Source: Octopus sinensis
Lineage: Eukaryota
DNA: 64,000 bases
Direction: 5' to 3'
Assembly: GCF_006345805.1 (NCBI RefSeq)
Contig: NC_042998.1
Coordinates: forward strand, 51,832,001-51,896,000
Numbering within the stretch: the stretch's first letter is position 1; each line of letters opens with the position of its first letter. Shown here piece by piece: positions 13,100-25,044 of the stretch. A program made the position numbers and the translations under genes. The notes beneath the pieces were generated by a model, which saw only the letters and a list, made by a program, of their open reading frames with translations, was not told the origin of the DNA and ran no database searches.

Positions 13100-13870
13100 G
13101 AATTTTTTCTGTTTATTGGTTTGGTCTGGAGGAAGATGTTAACCATGGCAGAATTTGAACTTTGAATTGAAAGCCGGATGAATTGTGGCTAAGCATTTTC
13201 CCCAGCATGCCAGCTATTCTGCCAGCTCACCACCTTAATGCTTAGTTTAATAATCCTTTCTATTAAAGGCTCAAGGCCTGAATTTTGAGGGAAGGGGACT
13301 AGTCAATTACATTGAGTAGTGTTTCACTGGTACTTAATTCATCAACCCCAAAAGCATGAAAGGCAAATTCCTCAGTGGAATTTGAACTCAGAATATAGTG
13401 GTAGGCTAAGCATTTTGTCCAGTGTGCTAACGATTCTGCTAGCTCACCGCCTTGTAATCACCAGTTTAATAATCCTTTCTACCAAAGGTAGAAGGCCTGA
13501 AATTTGCGGGGAGGGGACTAATCACTTACCTCAACCCCAGTGTTTCACTGGTACTTATTTCATTAACCCTAAAAGGATGAAAGGCAAAGTCGTCCTCGAC
13601 AGAATTTGAACTCAGAACATAGTGTTAGACAAAATACCTATTTCTTTACTACCCACAAGGGGCTAAACACAGAGAGGACAAACAAGGACAGACAAACGGA
13701 TTAAGTCGATTAAATCGACCCCAGTTCGTAACTGGTACTTATTTAATCGACCCCGAAAGGATGAAAGGCAAAGTCGACCTTGGCAGAATTTGAACTGAGA
13801 ACATAGTGGTAGACAAAATACCTCGAAGCATTTCACCCGGTATGCTAACAATTCTGCCAGCTCATCATCT
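13100..13870 (-). mobile_element. Head-to-tail stack of about four related tRNA SINE copies
   Basis: B-box complement GAATTTGAACT recurs at about 13151, 13378, 13603, 13785, with TTCTGCCAGCTC heads and two alternative tails. Confidence 0.8.
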
Positions 13871-14607
13871 TAATCATCAGTTTAATAATGACAGTAGTTT
13901 TACTACGTTCTTTTTTATTTTCAAAATTAACTGAAACAAAAGCAATGTTTTCCAACAGAAAAGAGGTAATGAAAGAATTAGTCATTTGGCTGCCAAATTT
14001 ACACTTGTTAGAATGTTGGATAGAATGTTTTTGTGACAATCATTCTGGCTCTTTGTACTCAGATTACAAGTCCCATGTATCGTTGAGGCACAGGTGTGAC
14101 TGTGCGGTAAGAAACTTGATTCCCAGCCACATGGTTTTGGGTTCAGTCCCACTGTATGGCACTTTGGGAAAGTGTCTACTACTAATAGCCTTGGGCTGAC
14201 AAAAGCCTTGTGAGTGGTTTTTTTGTTGATGGAAACTGAAAGAAGCTCATTGTATATCTGTGTGTGTGTGTCTGTGTGTGTGTGTACGTGTGTGTGTGTG
14301 TGTGTGTGTGTGTGCATGTGTGTTACTGATTCCGTCTTGACGTCTCATGATGTTTGGTCATAGGAAAATATCACCTTATCTGGAAACATGTGAGGGTTGG
14401 CAACAGGTAGGGCATACAGCTATAGAAAATCTGACTCATCAAAATTTTGTCTGACTGTGTATGTGAGCATGGAAAAGCAGACATAGAAATAATGACAACA
14501 ACGACGACGATGACAATGATGATGATGATGATGATGATGTATATTGGGGGTTAGTTCTTTTCTAATTCTTCTCTTTCATTCTCTCTCGATGACGTTTGTG
14601 GTGTCAG

Positions 14608-14733
14608 TGGTGGTTACATCTGGAAAGAGATGGGCTCTGCCAGAATAAGATACCTAAGATATGCTATGATAGAATCCTTAGGACCCATCAGGAGTTGAGA
14701 GAGCTTGATGCAAGGCACATCAAAGTAAATTTG
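14608..14733 (+). other. Candidate exon, possibly an exonised old repeat
   Basis: Branch-like CTAAT and long pyrimidine tract, then TCAG|; donor TTG|GTAAGT; 126 nt, open in phase 0. Resembles 5735-5830, so probably repeat-derived. Confidence 0.3.
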
Positions 14734-15129
14734 GTAAGTAGGCAACATTAATTACAAAAGACATTATAAAACATTGGCTTTGTTCTACCCTCTATTATGT
14801 AATTTTATCCAGAACAAAAGCAAGCTAATATTCCTATCTTCAGTAAAAAGTAATTTAACTGTGTACGTATGTACTTTTTTTTTCTATCTGTTTTATCTTG
14901 CTTTCTTCATATGAGCAATATATAATTTATGTTGAGAATAATCTATCTGCAAAATACTGAACTTTGGCCAGTTTATTTTTAATTGGGTATCATTTTCTTC
15001 ATGGTATTTTCATTTTCTGTATTTATATTCATCTGCCTGTTATTTTCACTTGCTTTTTTTTTAATTAAAAAAAAGAAAATTGTTGCTGTTGAAATTTTAG
15101 ATATGATATATAATTGGGTCATCTTTTTA

Positions 15130-15530
15130 GTTCACAGCGGATAGTTGGCAGAAATGTTAGCATGCCGGGCGAAATGCTCAGCGGAATTTCATCTGCCGCT
15201 ACATTCTGAGTTCAAATTCCGCCGCGGTTGACTTTGCCTTTCATCCTTTCGGGATCGATTAAATAAGTACCATTTACGCACTGGGGTTAATATAATCGAC
15301 TTAATCCGTTTGTCTGTCCTTGTTTGTCCTCTCTGTGTTTAGCACCTAGTAAAGAAATAGGTATTTTGTCTGCCGCTACGTTCTGAATTCAAATTCCGCC
15401 GAGGTCAACTTTGCCTTTCATCCTTTTAGGGTCAATAAATTAAGTACCAGTTGCATACTGGGGTCAATCTAATAGACTGGCCCCCTCCCCCAAAATTTTG
15501 GGCCTTGTGCCTTGAGTAGAGAAGAATGTG
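15130..15530 (+). mobile_element. Two tandem/nested tRNA SINE copies
   Basis: TCTGCCGCTAC.TTCTGA.TTCAAATTCCGCCG occurs twice (about 15191 and 15369), joined at the tail AAAGAAATAGGTATT. Confidence 0.8.
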
Positions 15531-16055
15531 CATGTTTTCATTCAACTTTTCAACTATTCCCTGATGGTCTTTACCGGTTTTTGAATTTTAGTTCTACATT
15601 CATGTAAAATAAAGAAATTTTTTGCCTTTCGCTATAATTTTTAACAGTTTATCTCTGTTTTTTTTTAGATATATATATAATTGGCTTTACTGTACAAAAA
15701 CCCTTTCTTTTAGAGAAAATGCATAATTGTCAATTTACAATTTTCCAAAGAGCATTGGCACCATTATTCCTTGATCCTTAAACTTTTGAAGCTACCATAG
15801 GGTTTCCACCAGAGCCTTCAGCAAGCATAAGAAAGTCTCTTTAAGAAATGGGATGCATGGGTCATCATCAAGTGGGCCACACTACTAAAAAAAAGTAATT
15901 CAAGGAAATTGTTTTGTTAGGTGTGCCATTTGGAATTTGGAAAGTCCTGTGGGCTGCAAATTGTCCATTACTGACCTACAGTGTGATTTGTACATCCAAA
16001 GTTGGCAGAGCCAGTCCTTATATAGGTTTGACCCTCATATGCTTTCTTGTATATA

Positions 16056-17110
16056 CATCATCATCATTATCATTGTCGTTTAACGTCTGCTTCCCATGCT
16101 GGCATGGGTTGGATGGTTTGAGTGAGGGCTGGCAAGCCAGAATGCTGCACCAGGCTCCAATCTGATCTGGCAAAGTTTCTACAGCTGGATGCCCTTCCTA
16201 ACACCAACCACTCTGAGTGTGTAGTGGGTGCTTTTTACATGCCACTGACATGAGGGCCAGTCAGGCAGTACTAGCATTGACCACGCTTGAATGGTGCTTT
16301 TTATGTGCCACTGGTATGGGAGCCATTCAGGTGGCACTGGCAATGACCACACATGAATGGTGCTTTTTATGTGCCACTGGTATGGGAGCCATTCAGGTGG
16401 AACTGGCAATGACCACGCTTGAATGGTGCTTTTTATGTGCCACCGGCACAGGACCAGTCAACCGACACTGGCATCGACCATGTTCAAAATGTGCTTTTTA
16501 CGTGCTACCAGCATGGGAGCCAGTCAGGTGGCACTGGAAATGACCACACACGAATAGTGCTTTTTATGTGCCACTGGCACAGGACTAGTCAGGCAGCTCT
16601 GGAATTGACCACACATGAATGGTGCATTTTTCATACCACTGACACAGGTACTGTCATTGACCACGGCAATGACTTCACTTGACTCAATAGGTCTTCGCAA
16701 GTGCAGTTTATTGCCCAATGATTGAAAGATACTCTTAAATGGGCCAGTAATGATGCACTGGCATAGGCCATTGTTACGGTCTCACTTGGCTTGCTGGGTC
16801 TTTTCAAGCACACCATATCTCCAAAGGTCTTGGTCACTTGTCATCACGTCCGTGAGGCTCAACGTTCAAAGGTCATGCTTCACCACCTCATCCCAGGTCT
16901 TCCTGAGCCTACCTCTTCCACAGGTTCCCTCTACAGCTATCCTCATCCATGCACAACACATGATCATACCAGCACAGTCGTCTCTCTTGCACACCATATC
17001 TGATGCTTCTTATGTCCAACATTTCTCTCGGGTGCTTACACTCTGTCGTGTATGCACACTGATATTTCACATCCAGCAGAGCATAATAGCTTCATTCTTT
17101 GCAAGCTTAC
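16056..17110 (-). mobile_element. 5'-truncated RTE LINE: end of ORF2 and full 3' UTR
   Basis: Reverse complement of the GRGR..KTWDEVVKHDL region, ~60-bp UTR repeats and (GAT)n tail. Confidence 0.9.
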
Positions 17111-17786
17111 ACAATAAAGGTTTCTACCCTTCATGTGTGTGTGTGACTTTGTGTGTACATATATATTTTTTTATATACTTCATTGAACAAATTAGATCAT
17201 AAGTCCAATGAAGAGGATTTAATAATCACTAACCAGTCATTTTTTTTATTTTTAAAGTATGCCACCTAATTTTAAAGTCAAATAGTTGTAACCGTAAAAT
17301 AATATTACAAATAATCTCATGTGAATACCACATATATTTTGTTTTGTAAACTATAGTTAACCTTACTCTAATATTAGTACAAAGTTTATCATATTTAGAG
17401 TGCAAAGTTTGACAGAATTTACAATAACAGATTTATAGTTATTCAATATCTCAGCATTTTGCTATTTCTGCCTTCACAGCTAGTTATTTTAATCCTTTCA
17501 CACACCACAGATGGTTTCACTGTCCTGATGTTTGTAGTGTTAAACATATGAAAGACAAAATCTTTCCATGGATAGGGTCTCTCACAAGCAATTTTTCAAT
17601 AAGAGTGAGACTATCTCTCTGTTGCCAGCAGAGGTAATAAGCTCATAACTTTTTCCAGCCTATTCTTACTCTTGTTTTCCCTCAAACCCATACTCTAACC
17701 TCTCGTCACCTGGCACAAACTCTCACTCCCCATAATACTACCCACCTCAATTGAGGATGGAATATTATGCAAAACGGCCCTATCTA

Positions 17787-17819
<33 letters not shown>

Positions 17820-17882
17820 GTATGTATGTCTGTCTGTATGTATGTATGTATGTATCTATCTATCTATTTATCTATCTTTCTG

Positions 17883-17953
<71 letters not shown>

Positions 17954-18041
17954 GTCTGTCTGTCTGTCTGTCCATCCGTCCATCCGTCCATCCATCCATC
18001 CATCCATCCATCCATCCATCCATCCATCCATCCATCTATCC

Positions 18042-18101
<60 letters not shown>

Positions 18102-18456
18102 CATCAGCATTGCTTTAACATCCACTTTTCCATGTCCTCATGGGTTAGAAACAGAATTTGTTGAGAGGCATTTTCTACAGCCAGATGGGGGGTAATTTCC
18201 CCCCATCACTGCAAAATGTTTCCACAGAAACTTGGAAACAAATGACAGCACTTGTATGATAGTGATACTTATTTACAATAATCATGCAGGGTTGAGATAA
18301 GGAGACACACACACACATTTGAGGGTCAACTGAAAAAAGTTCATAGGCTGACGAAGATACTCTCATGGAATGTAACCAAATGAAGTTTATTCTTCAACAT
18401 TGTACCCTTTATGGTTCACACTGTTCTTCCATCAGTGTTGCAGTGCTTGGATCCCA

Positions 18457-18852
18457 TTACTCTTTTACTTGTTTCAGTCATTTGACTGTTGCCATGCTGA
18501 AGCACCGCCTTTAATTGAGCAAATCGCCCCCAGGACTTATTCTTTGGAAGCCTAGTACTTATTCTATCGGTCTCTTTTGCCAAACCGCTAAGTTACGGGG
18601 ATGTAAACACGCCACCATTGGTTGTCAAGCGATGTTAGAAGGGACAAACACAGACACACACATACATACACATATATATATGTAGATATATACGACGGGC
18701 TTCTTTCAGTTTCTGTCTACCAAATCCACTCACAAGGCTTTGGTCAGCCCGAGGCTATAGTAGAAGACTCTTGCCCAAGGTGCCACACTGTGGGAATGAA
18801 CCCAGAACTTTGTGGATGTTAAGCAAGCTACTTACCACACTGCCACTCCTGT
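18457..18852 (-). mobile_element. tRNA SINE (OK/OR-type) inside the mariner
   Basis: Full head-to-tail match to the 19531-20177 family. Confidence 0.85.
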
Positions 18853-19530
18853 GCCACTCCTGGTGAAGATGCTTTTCTCTTGTTGGTCAAAAAAGTATTC
18901 AATTTCAGATATGATGCCATCATCACTGAAATACTAATTGTCAGTCAAGTGTTTTTTCATGTTAGGGAACAGATGATAAACAGATGGGGTCAAATCAGGA
19001 GAATAAGGAGGGTGATCAATCAGTTCAAAACCACAGTCACACACAACAACCATTGAAACCAGGGACTTGAGCATTGTGCTGAAGAAACGAGACCCTTTTT
19101 TGTCAGTTTTCCTGTATGTTTGGTCTTGATAGCCTTTTGTGCCTGCCTCAGCAGATTGGCATAGTACTCCCAGTTGATAGTGTAGCCCTTTTGAAGATCA
19201 TCGATAAACATAATGCATTTTGCCTCTCAAAAAACTGAGGTCATCACCTTCCTTGCAGATGAAGCGAACTTGGTCTTCTTTGGAGCAGGTGAGGAGTAGT
19301 GTTTGTACTGTATGGATTGTCTCTTTGTTTCTGGTTCAAAGTGATGTCACCCTACTATTACTCATCCTGGGATAGGAAACAGTCAAGGAAGCCAGCTGGA
19401 TCTCCTCAAACAATGTCAAATTTTTCTATGATGTGATCAGCCTGGTGCAATTTTGACCAAGTGTCAGAAAACGTGGCACCCACTCAGCAGAAATCTTTAT
19501 CATACCAAGTTCCTTGTGCAGAATATTATA

Positions 19531-20177
19531 GGCGTAGGAGTGGCTGTGTGGTAAGTAGCTTGCTTACGTACCACATGGTTCCCACTGCGTGGCACCTTGG
19601 GCAAGTGTCTTCTACTATAGCCTTGTGAGTGGATTTCGTAGACAGAAACTGAAAGAAGGTGGCGAGCTGGCAGAAACGTTTATGCAACGGGCGAAATGAT
19701 TAATAGCTTTTCATCTGCTGTTATGTTCTGAGTTCAAATTCCACCGAGGTCAGCTTTGCCTTTCATCCTTTTGGGGGGTCAATAAATTACATACCAGTTA
19801 TGCACTGGGGTCGATGTAATTGACTTAATCCCTTTGTCTGTCCTTGTTTGTCCCCTCTATGTTTAGCCCCTTGTGGGCAGTAAAGAAATAAGAAACTGAA
19901 AGTAGCCCGTCGTATATATGTATAAATGTATGTGTGTGTATATGTTTGTGTGTCTGTGTTTGTCCCCCCAACATCGTTCGACAACCAATCCCGATGTGTT
20001 TACATCCAATACCGATGTGTTTACATCCCTGTAGCTTAGTCGTTCGGTAGGGGTGACTGATAGAGTGGGTGCTGGGATTGCAAAGAATGGACTCTAAAGT
20101 CGATTTGCTCGACTAAAGGCGGTGCTCCAGCATGGCCACAGTCAAATGACTGAAACAAGTAAAAGAGTAAAAGAGTA
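19531..20177 (+). mobile_element. tRNA SINE carrying a nested second SINE (19659-19890)
   Basis: Inner SINE flanked by a 15-bp TSD AGAAACTGAAAGAAG (19644-19658) / AGAAACTGAAAGTAG (19891-19905). Confidence 0.9.
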
Positions 20178-20420
20178 ACTCTCTCACAGGATGTGCAAAT
20201 AGCGTTGGCTATTTGATTTATAGTCAATCGCTTGTTATACATCAACATGTGGTGAATACAGTCAAAGTTGAAGGATGTCCAAACCTTGGGTCATCTTCAA
20301 GATGACCTTAGGTTATCTCCTTTTCCTTCCTAAGTTTGGCTGGTCACTTGTGCACTGTTGATAAATCTAGAGCAACATCTAATGTAGCAACCATGCCAGC
20401 ATGAATATTTTCAGAAGTGT

Positions 20421-20553
20421 AAATTCCAAACAATTACAAGGAGCACAGAGAGACTGGTACATCCTCAAATTTTTCTTTTAATTTAACAGTTAAAACTAAA
20501 AGGAAAATTTGAGGATGTACCAGTCTCCATTCTGTTTGTAATTGTTTGAAATT
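20421..20553. repeat. Near-perfect ~130-bp palindrome (fold-back MITE)
   Basis: Perfect 24-bp stem GAGACTGGTACATCCTCAAATTTT (20450-20473) / AAAATTTGAGGATGTACCAGTCTC (20504-20527), plus outer AAATT.CAAACAATTACAA pairing. Confidence 0.85.
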
Positions 20554-22682
20554 TATACCCCACCTCCATATATATACATGTATCTAAGGACACAACCTTC
20601 TATTGTGAAATACCCTCACATATAGACCACCATGAAAAAGATCAACAACCTGATTTCAAAACACTACAACTCACTTACCGATAATGAAAGAGACTACATC
20701 ACCAATTTCGAACCAAAACCCAGCAACTTCTACGGCTTACCAAAAATACATAAATCAAAAGATATTCAACATGCAGTAAAAGAACAAGAAAGTGAGTACA
20801 TAAAATTACTACATCCAAAAGACCTAAAACTTAGACCTATTATAGCTGGTCCAGCATGCCCTACCCACTGTCTAAGCAATTTTATTGACATTGTTTTGAA
20901 ACCACTATGTACTTACATACCCAGTTTCATCAGGGATGACATCGACTTCCTGTCCCATCTTCCCAAAACAACAGAAGCAAATTCAGTTTTACTAAGTTTT
21001 GATGTGGTAAGCCTCTACACCAATATTCCACACGATTTAGGAATAAAGGCGATTAAATACTGGTTAGAAAAACATAGAGAAGTGATTCCCAGCAGATTCA
21101 CAGTGCCATTTATATTAGACACAGTCAAACTTATTCTAGAACACACACATTCTTCTTCTTCAATGGAAAGAATTACATCCAAATTAGAGGCACGGTGATG
21201 GGAACGAGGTTTGCTCCCGTTTACGCCAACTCTGTAATGGGATACTTAGAACAACAACTCTACCAAGAGGTGGAGGTAAACTATGGCACTGGATTTAGAA
21301 AGTATATTGAAAAGGCATGAAGAGATACCTTGACGACTGCTTCATAATCTGGACAGAATCTCTAAATACTCTGGAAGAGTTCAATATCCTCCTGAACAAC
21401 CTACACCCATCTCTCCAATTTACAAAGGAGATGAGTAGTACCAAATTACCATTCCTAGATATAATGGTAATTAAAAAGGACACCACCATCACCACAAATA
21501 TATACTATAAATACACAGACACACATCAATACCTGAATTTTAAGTCGTGCCATCCACCACATACAAAATGCAACATCCCATACTGCCTAGCCAGAAGAAT
21601 TTGTACCATTGTAGAAGATGCAAATATCAGGAACAAACACCTAACAGAACTAAGAGAATTTTTGCTCAAACAAAAATGCCCATCTCTACTTATAGAAAAT
21701 GGCATACAGCGGGCTATAAAAATACCCATACAACAACTTAGGACAACCCAAGGAAGAGGAAAACAAGAACAAGTCATACCATTCATAGTGACACACAACC
21801 CATGTTACCAGAATATCTTCAACATTGCCAAAGCAAACCTACCAGTCATTGCTCAAAGTAATGAATTAAAAGATATAATCACGGATCAAGCTATGGTTCT
21901 TAATAAAAGACAGCCTAAAAACTTGAAAAAATCACTAACAAAGGCAAAATTTGACCTTAGCAACAAAGACCAAACATTCACTGTATAAATGCAATGATAG
22001 CCGATGTGGCACATGCCAATTATACATACCGGCCAATATATAAACACAAAAACCGGGAAAATATTCACAAACGCGAATATGAACTGCAAAAGCAGAAATT
22101 TAATTTACTGCATCAAATGCCCAAATTGTGAAGAAATATATGTAGGTCAGACGGGAAATGCACTATGAGAACGCTCACGTGTACACCGACAACAAATTAG
22201 AGACCCAGAGGTCCGTCAGATACCTTTAAGTAACCACCTAGCAACATGTGGTCGGAAAATATATATAATATTTCCATTCTACAAATTACACAGCCCAAGT
22301 GAAATCGAGAGGAAAATCAGAGAAAAGAATTTTATTGATAAATTCGAACCTAAGCTAAATAAGCAAAACAATAATACTTAGAGGTACTACTTCTACTGCT
22401 ACGACCATGACCAATAACAACAACAACAATACTAAGGTGATCAAGATGAAGATAGCAGGAAATTATTATCTTATTTAGGGTTAAAAGTTCTATTGCCACC
22501 ACCATCACCACTAGCAACAATAATTAAGGTACTGACAATGATGATGATGACAATTGAAATATAAAAATCCCTGACAAAGGCTATTTACAACATTTCTAAA
22601 AATAGCCCAACAATTGCTGCCTCAGCCAGGGTTAAGATACAGGACTCTTGACATGTTCAACAAAGCGTGACGCCTAAACCAA

Positions 22683-22778
22683 CCAATCAGCTTAAGTAAT
22701 TGAGTGATGCTACACACTGATTGGTCAGAATACAGTTTGCAAAACCTTGCAATCTGGAGCCCACACAGGTGTATTTAA
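22683..22778 (+). promoter_or_regulatory. CCAAT boxes and TATA-like motif in the Penelope pseudo-LTR
   Basis: CCAATCA at 22683, TGATTGG at 22718, TATTTAA at 22772, about 45 nt upstream of the hammerhead. Confidence 0.35.
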
Positions 22779-22817
22779 GGCACAGATTTAACCATCTCCA
22801 CTATCACCACTACTACA

Positions 22818-22862
22818 TGAACCTGAAGATTGCATAATTTAATGCATGAAAGTACTAGTTCA
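22818..22862 (+). ncRNA. Minimal type I hammerhead ribozyme
   Basis: TGAAC-CTGAAGA-T-TGCAT-AATTTA-ATGCA-T-GAAA-GTAC-T-A-GTTCA: 5-bp helix I, intact CUGANGA/GAAA core, 5-bp helix II (U-U at 10.1/11.1), palindromic AGTACT helix III, CUA cleavage triplet. Confidence 0.8.
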
Positions 22863-23371
22863 ATCAGTATGAACATTTAACATTCTGTTATTTTATTTTA
22901 TTTTATTATATTATATTATCTTATATTATATCATTATAAGATTGTAAATAAAATGTGAAAATCAGACAAGGTTGGAATTCCTTTTATTAATATATATATA
23001 TATATATGGATGTATGAGTGTATGTATGTATATTTGTATATAGGATTGTTTTTATGGAAGACCAGCAGTCACCTATACATACCAGCCTCCCCTCGCCATG
23101 CCACCGATATTATCCAAGGGAAAGGCAAAAGATGATACAACTTGGCACCAGTGACATCACAACTAATTTCTACAGCTGAGTAAACTGGAGCAGCATGAAA
23201 TAAAGTGTCTTTCTCAAGAACACAACACGCAGCCCGGTCCAGGAATCAAACTCACAACCTCACAATTGTTAGCTCAACACTTTAAACATTGAGCCATGCG
23301 CCTTCACTCATATACATGTATATATCACAGCTGCATCCTTGTTACACCAGAAAAGCCATTTCGAAGAAGAC

Positions 23372-23575
23372 TTACCAAAATGATTCATGATTCTTGCCAT
23401 GTGATGCCCTTATATGTCTATTAAGCCCGGTCAAACTTTTACACATTTTATTACACACTCGACAAATGTGCTGGCTGACAGGAGAAACATGTGTCACTAT
23501 ATGCACTCTCTTAACATGTCTTTTTAGACCTCCAACTAAGAGGCACACCCTTGCACATTTCACGCACGTTCTGTT
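23372..23575 (-). pseudogene. Two C2H2 zinc fingers, probably the C-terminal tail of a LINE ORF2
   Basis: CVKCARVCLLVGGLKRHVKRVH and CRVCNKMCKSLTGLNRHIRASH; no TGEKP linker; in-frame stop just upstream and no convincing splice sites. Confidence 0.55.
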
Positions 23576-23883
23576 ATGAATTTTAATAGCCACATAATTG
23601 TTTATCATGGGTCGATTTCAATGCGAATTTTGATGGTTCACCAGGCCTGCATGACTCAACACCTCCACTCATCAACCACACACATAAAAAGGAACACTCT
23701 CACTTTCCACAGGTTCCCCATTTCTAAGCTCTCTCCTAATTCTCTCATACCTCACTCTCTCCTTCTTAAACCTTGAACAACCATCATACAGTATCTTCCT
23801 CCATCCATCACAGTCTTGTGCCTCCCTCTCTCAATTACCAGCTGCAATTCAATATCTATATGTATGTATATATACATGTTTAT

Positions 23884-23917
<34 letters not shown>

Positions 23918-23924
23918 GTGCATA

Positions 23925-24246
23925 GTGAGGGCGCGTGGCTTAGTGGTTAGGGCATTCGGCTCATGATCGTAAGGTTGTGAGTTCGATTCCCGGCGACGCG
24001 TTGTGTCCTTGAGCAAGACACTTTATTTCACATTGCTCCAGTCCACTCAGCTGGCAAAAATGAGTTGTACTTGTATTTCAAAGGGTCAGCCTTGTCACTC
24101 TCTGTGTCACGCTGATTATCCCCGAGAACTACGTTAAGGGTACACGTGTCTGTGGAATGCTCAGCCATTTGCACGTTAATTTCACGAGCAAGCTGTTCCG
24201 TTGATCGTATCAGCTGGGACCCTCGTCGTCATAACCGGCGGAGTCT
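23925..24246 (+). mobile_element. Young tRNA SINE with CORE-like central domain
   Basis: GGCTTAGTGGTTAGG A-box, GTTCGATTCCC B-box, TCCTTGAGCAAGACACTT...CCAGTCCACTCAGCTG; CpGs retained. Older copy at 11580-11900. Confidence 0.85.
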
Positions 24247-24279
24247 TTTTTTTTTATATATGTGCATGTGTGTGTGTGT

Positions 24280-24280
<1 letters not shown>

Positions 24281-24311
<31 letters not shown>

Positions 24312-24811
24312 TTAACGTCCGCTTTCCACGCTAGCATGGGTTGGACGGTTCAACTGGGGTCTGGGGAGCCCGAAGGCTGCACCAGGCCAGTCAGATCTGG
24401 CAGTGTTTCTACAGCTGGATGCCCTTCCTAACGCCAACCACTCCGAGACTGTAGTGGGTGATTTTATGTGCCACCGACACAGGTGCCAGACGAGGCTGGC
24501 GAACGGCCACGCTTGGATGGTGTTTTTATGTGCCACCGACACAGGTGCCAGACGAAGCTGGCGAATGGCCACGCTCGGATGGTGTTTTTATGTGCCACCG
24601 ACACAGGTGCCAGACGAAGCTGGCAAACGGCCACGCTCGGATGGTGTTTTTATGTGCCACCGACACAGGTGCCAGACAGGCTGGCAGACGACCACGCTCG
24701 GATGGTGTTTTTATGTGCCACCGACACAGGTGCCAGACAAGCTGGCAGACGACCACGCTCGGATGGTGTTTTTATGTGCCACCGACACAGGTGCCAGACG
24801 AGGCTGGCGAT
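24281..24811 (-). mobile_element. RTE 3' UTR fragment with an expanded 61-62-bp minisatellite
   Basis: (CAT)n tail complement, CCACGCTAGCATGG hairpin, and units starting at 24466, 24528, 24590, 24652, 24713, 24774. Confidence 0.9.
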
Positions 24812-25044
24812 GTATACATATATATATATATATCATCATCATCATCATTTAATGTCCACTTTCCATGCTGGCATGGGTTGGACGGTTTGAGTGAGAACTG
24901 GCAAGCCGGGAGGTTGCACAAGATTCCAATCCGATTTGGCAAGGTTTCTACAGTTGAATGCCCTTCCTAACACCAACCACTCTGAGAATGTAGTGGGTGC
25001 TTTTTTTTGTGCCACTGGCCTGTGAGCCAGTCAGACGGCACTTA

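Larger units (their letters stand above)
18312..20260 (-). mobile_element. Degenerate mariner transposon interrupted by SINEs
   Basis: Minus-strand peptides NKRLTINQIANAI (about 20200-20240), FIDDLQKGYTINWEYYANLL (19150-19211) and HPPYSPDL (about 19000); TIR-like GAGGGTCAACTGAAAAAAGTT at about 18321. Confidence 0.8.
20600..22960 (+). mobile_element. Penelope-like retroelement (RT + GIY-YIG endonuclease + 3' pseudo-LTR), disabled
   Basis: YGLPKIHK, LRPII, SFDVVSLYTNI, GTVMG, RYLDD, KLPFLDI, YYKYTD, then C-x4-C-x2-C and NLIYCIKC...IYVGQTG (GIY-YIG) ending at about 22381. Frameshifts near 21150 and 21987 and one stop near 21318. Confidence 0.95.

Noticed and set aside
13969-13975. 7-nt microexon candidate (TTTTCCAACAG|AAAAGAG|GTAATG)
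   Set aside because: Frame-shifting length and no supporting gene context.
17540-17680. Kinase-like peptide LIEKLLVRDP on the minus strand
   Set aside because: Contiguous with a degenerate RTE segment (VRIGWKK...LPLLAT); the resemblance is probably chance.
20282-20314. Short palindrome GGTCATCTT-C-AAGATGACC
   Set aside because: Only a 9-bp core at the edge of a decayed mariner; no independent support for function.
24466-24811. CRISPR-like regular repeat
   Set aside because: Units are contiguous with no unique spacers, lie in an RTE 3' UTR, and the DNA is eukaryotic.
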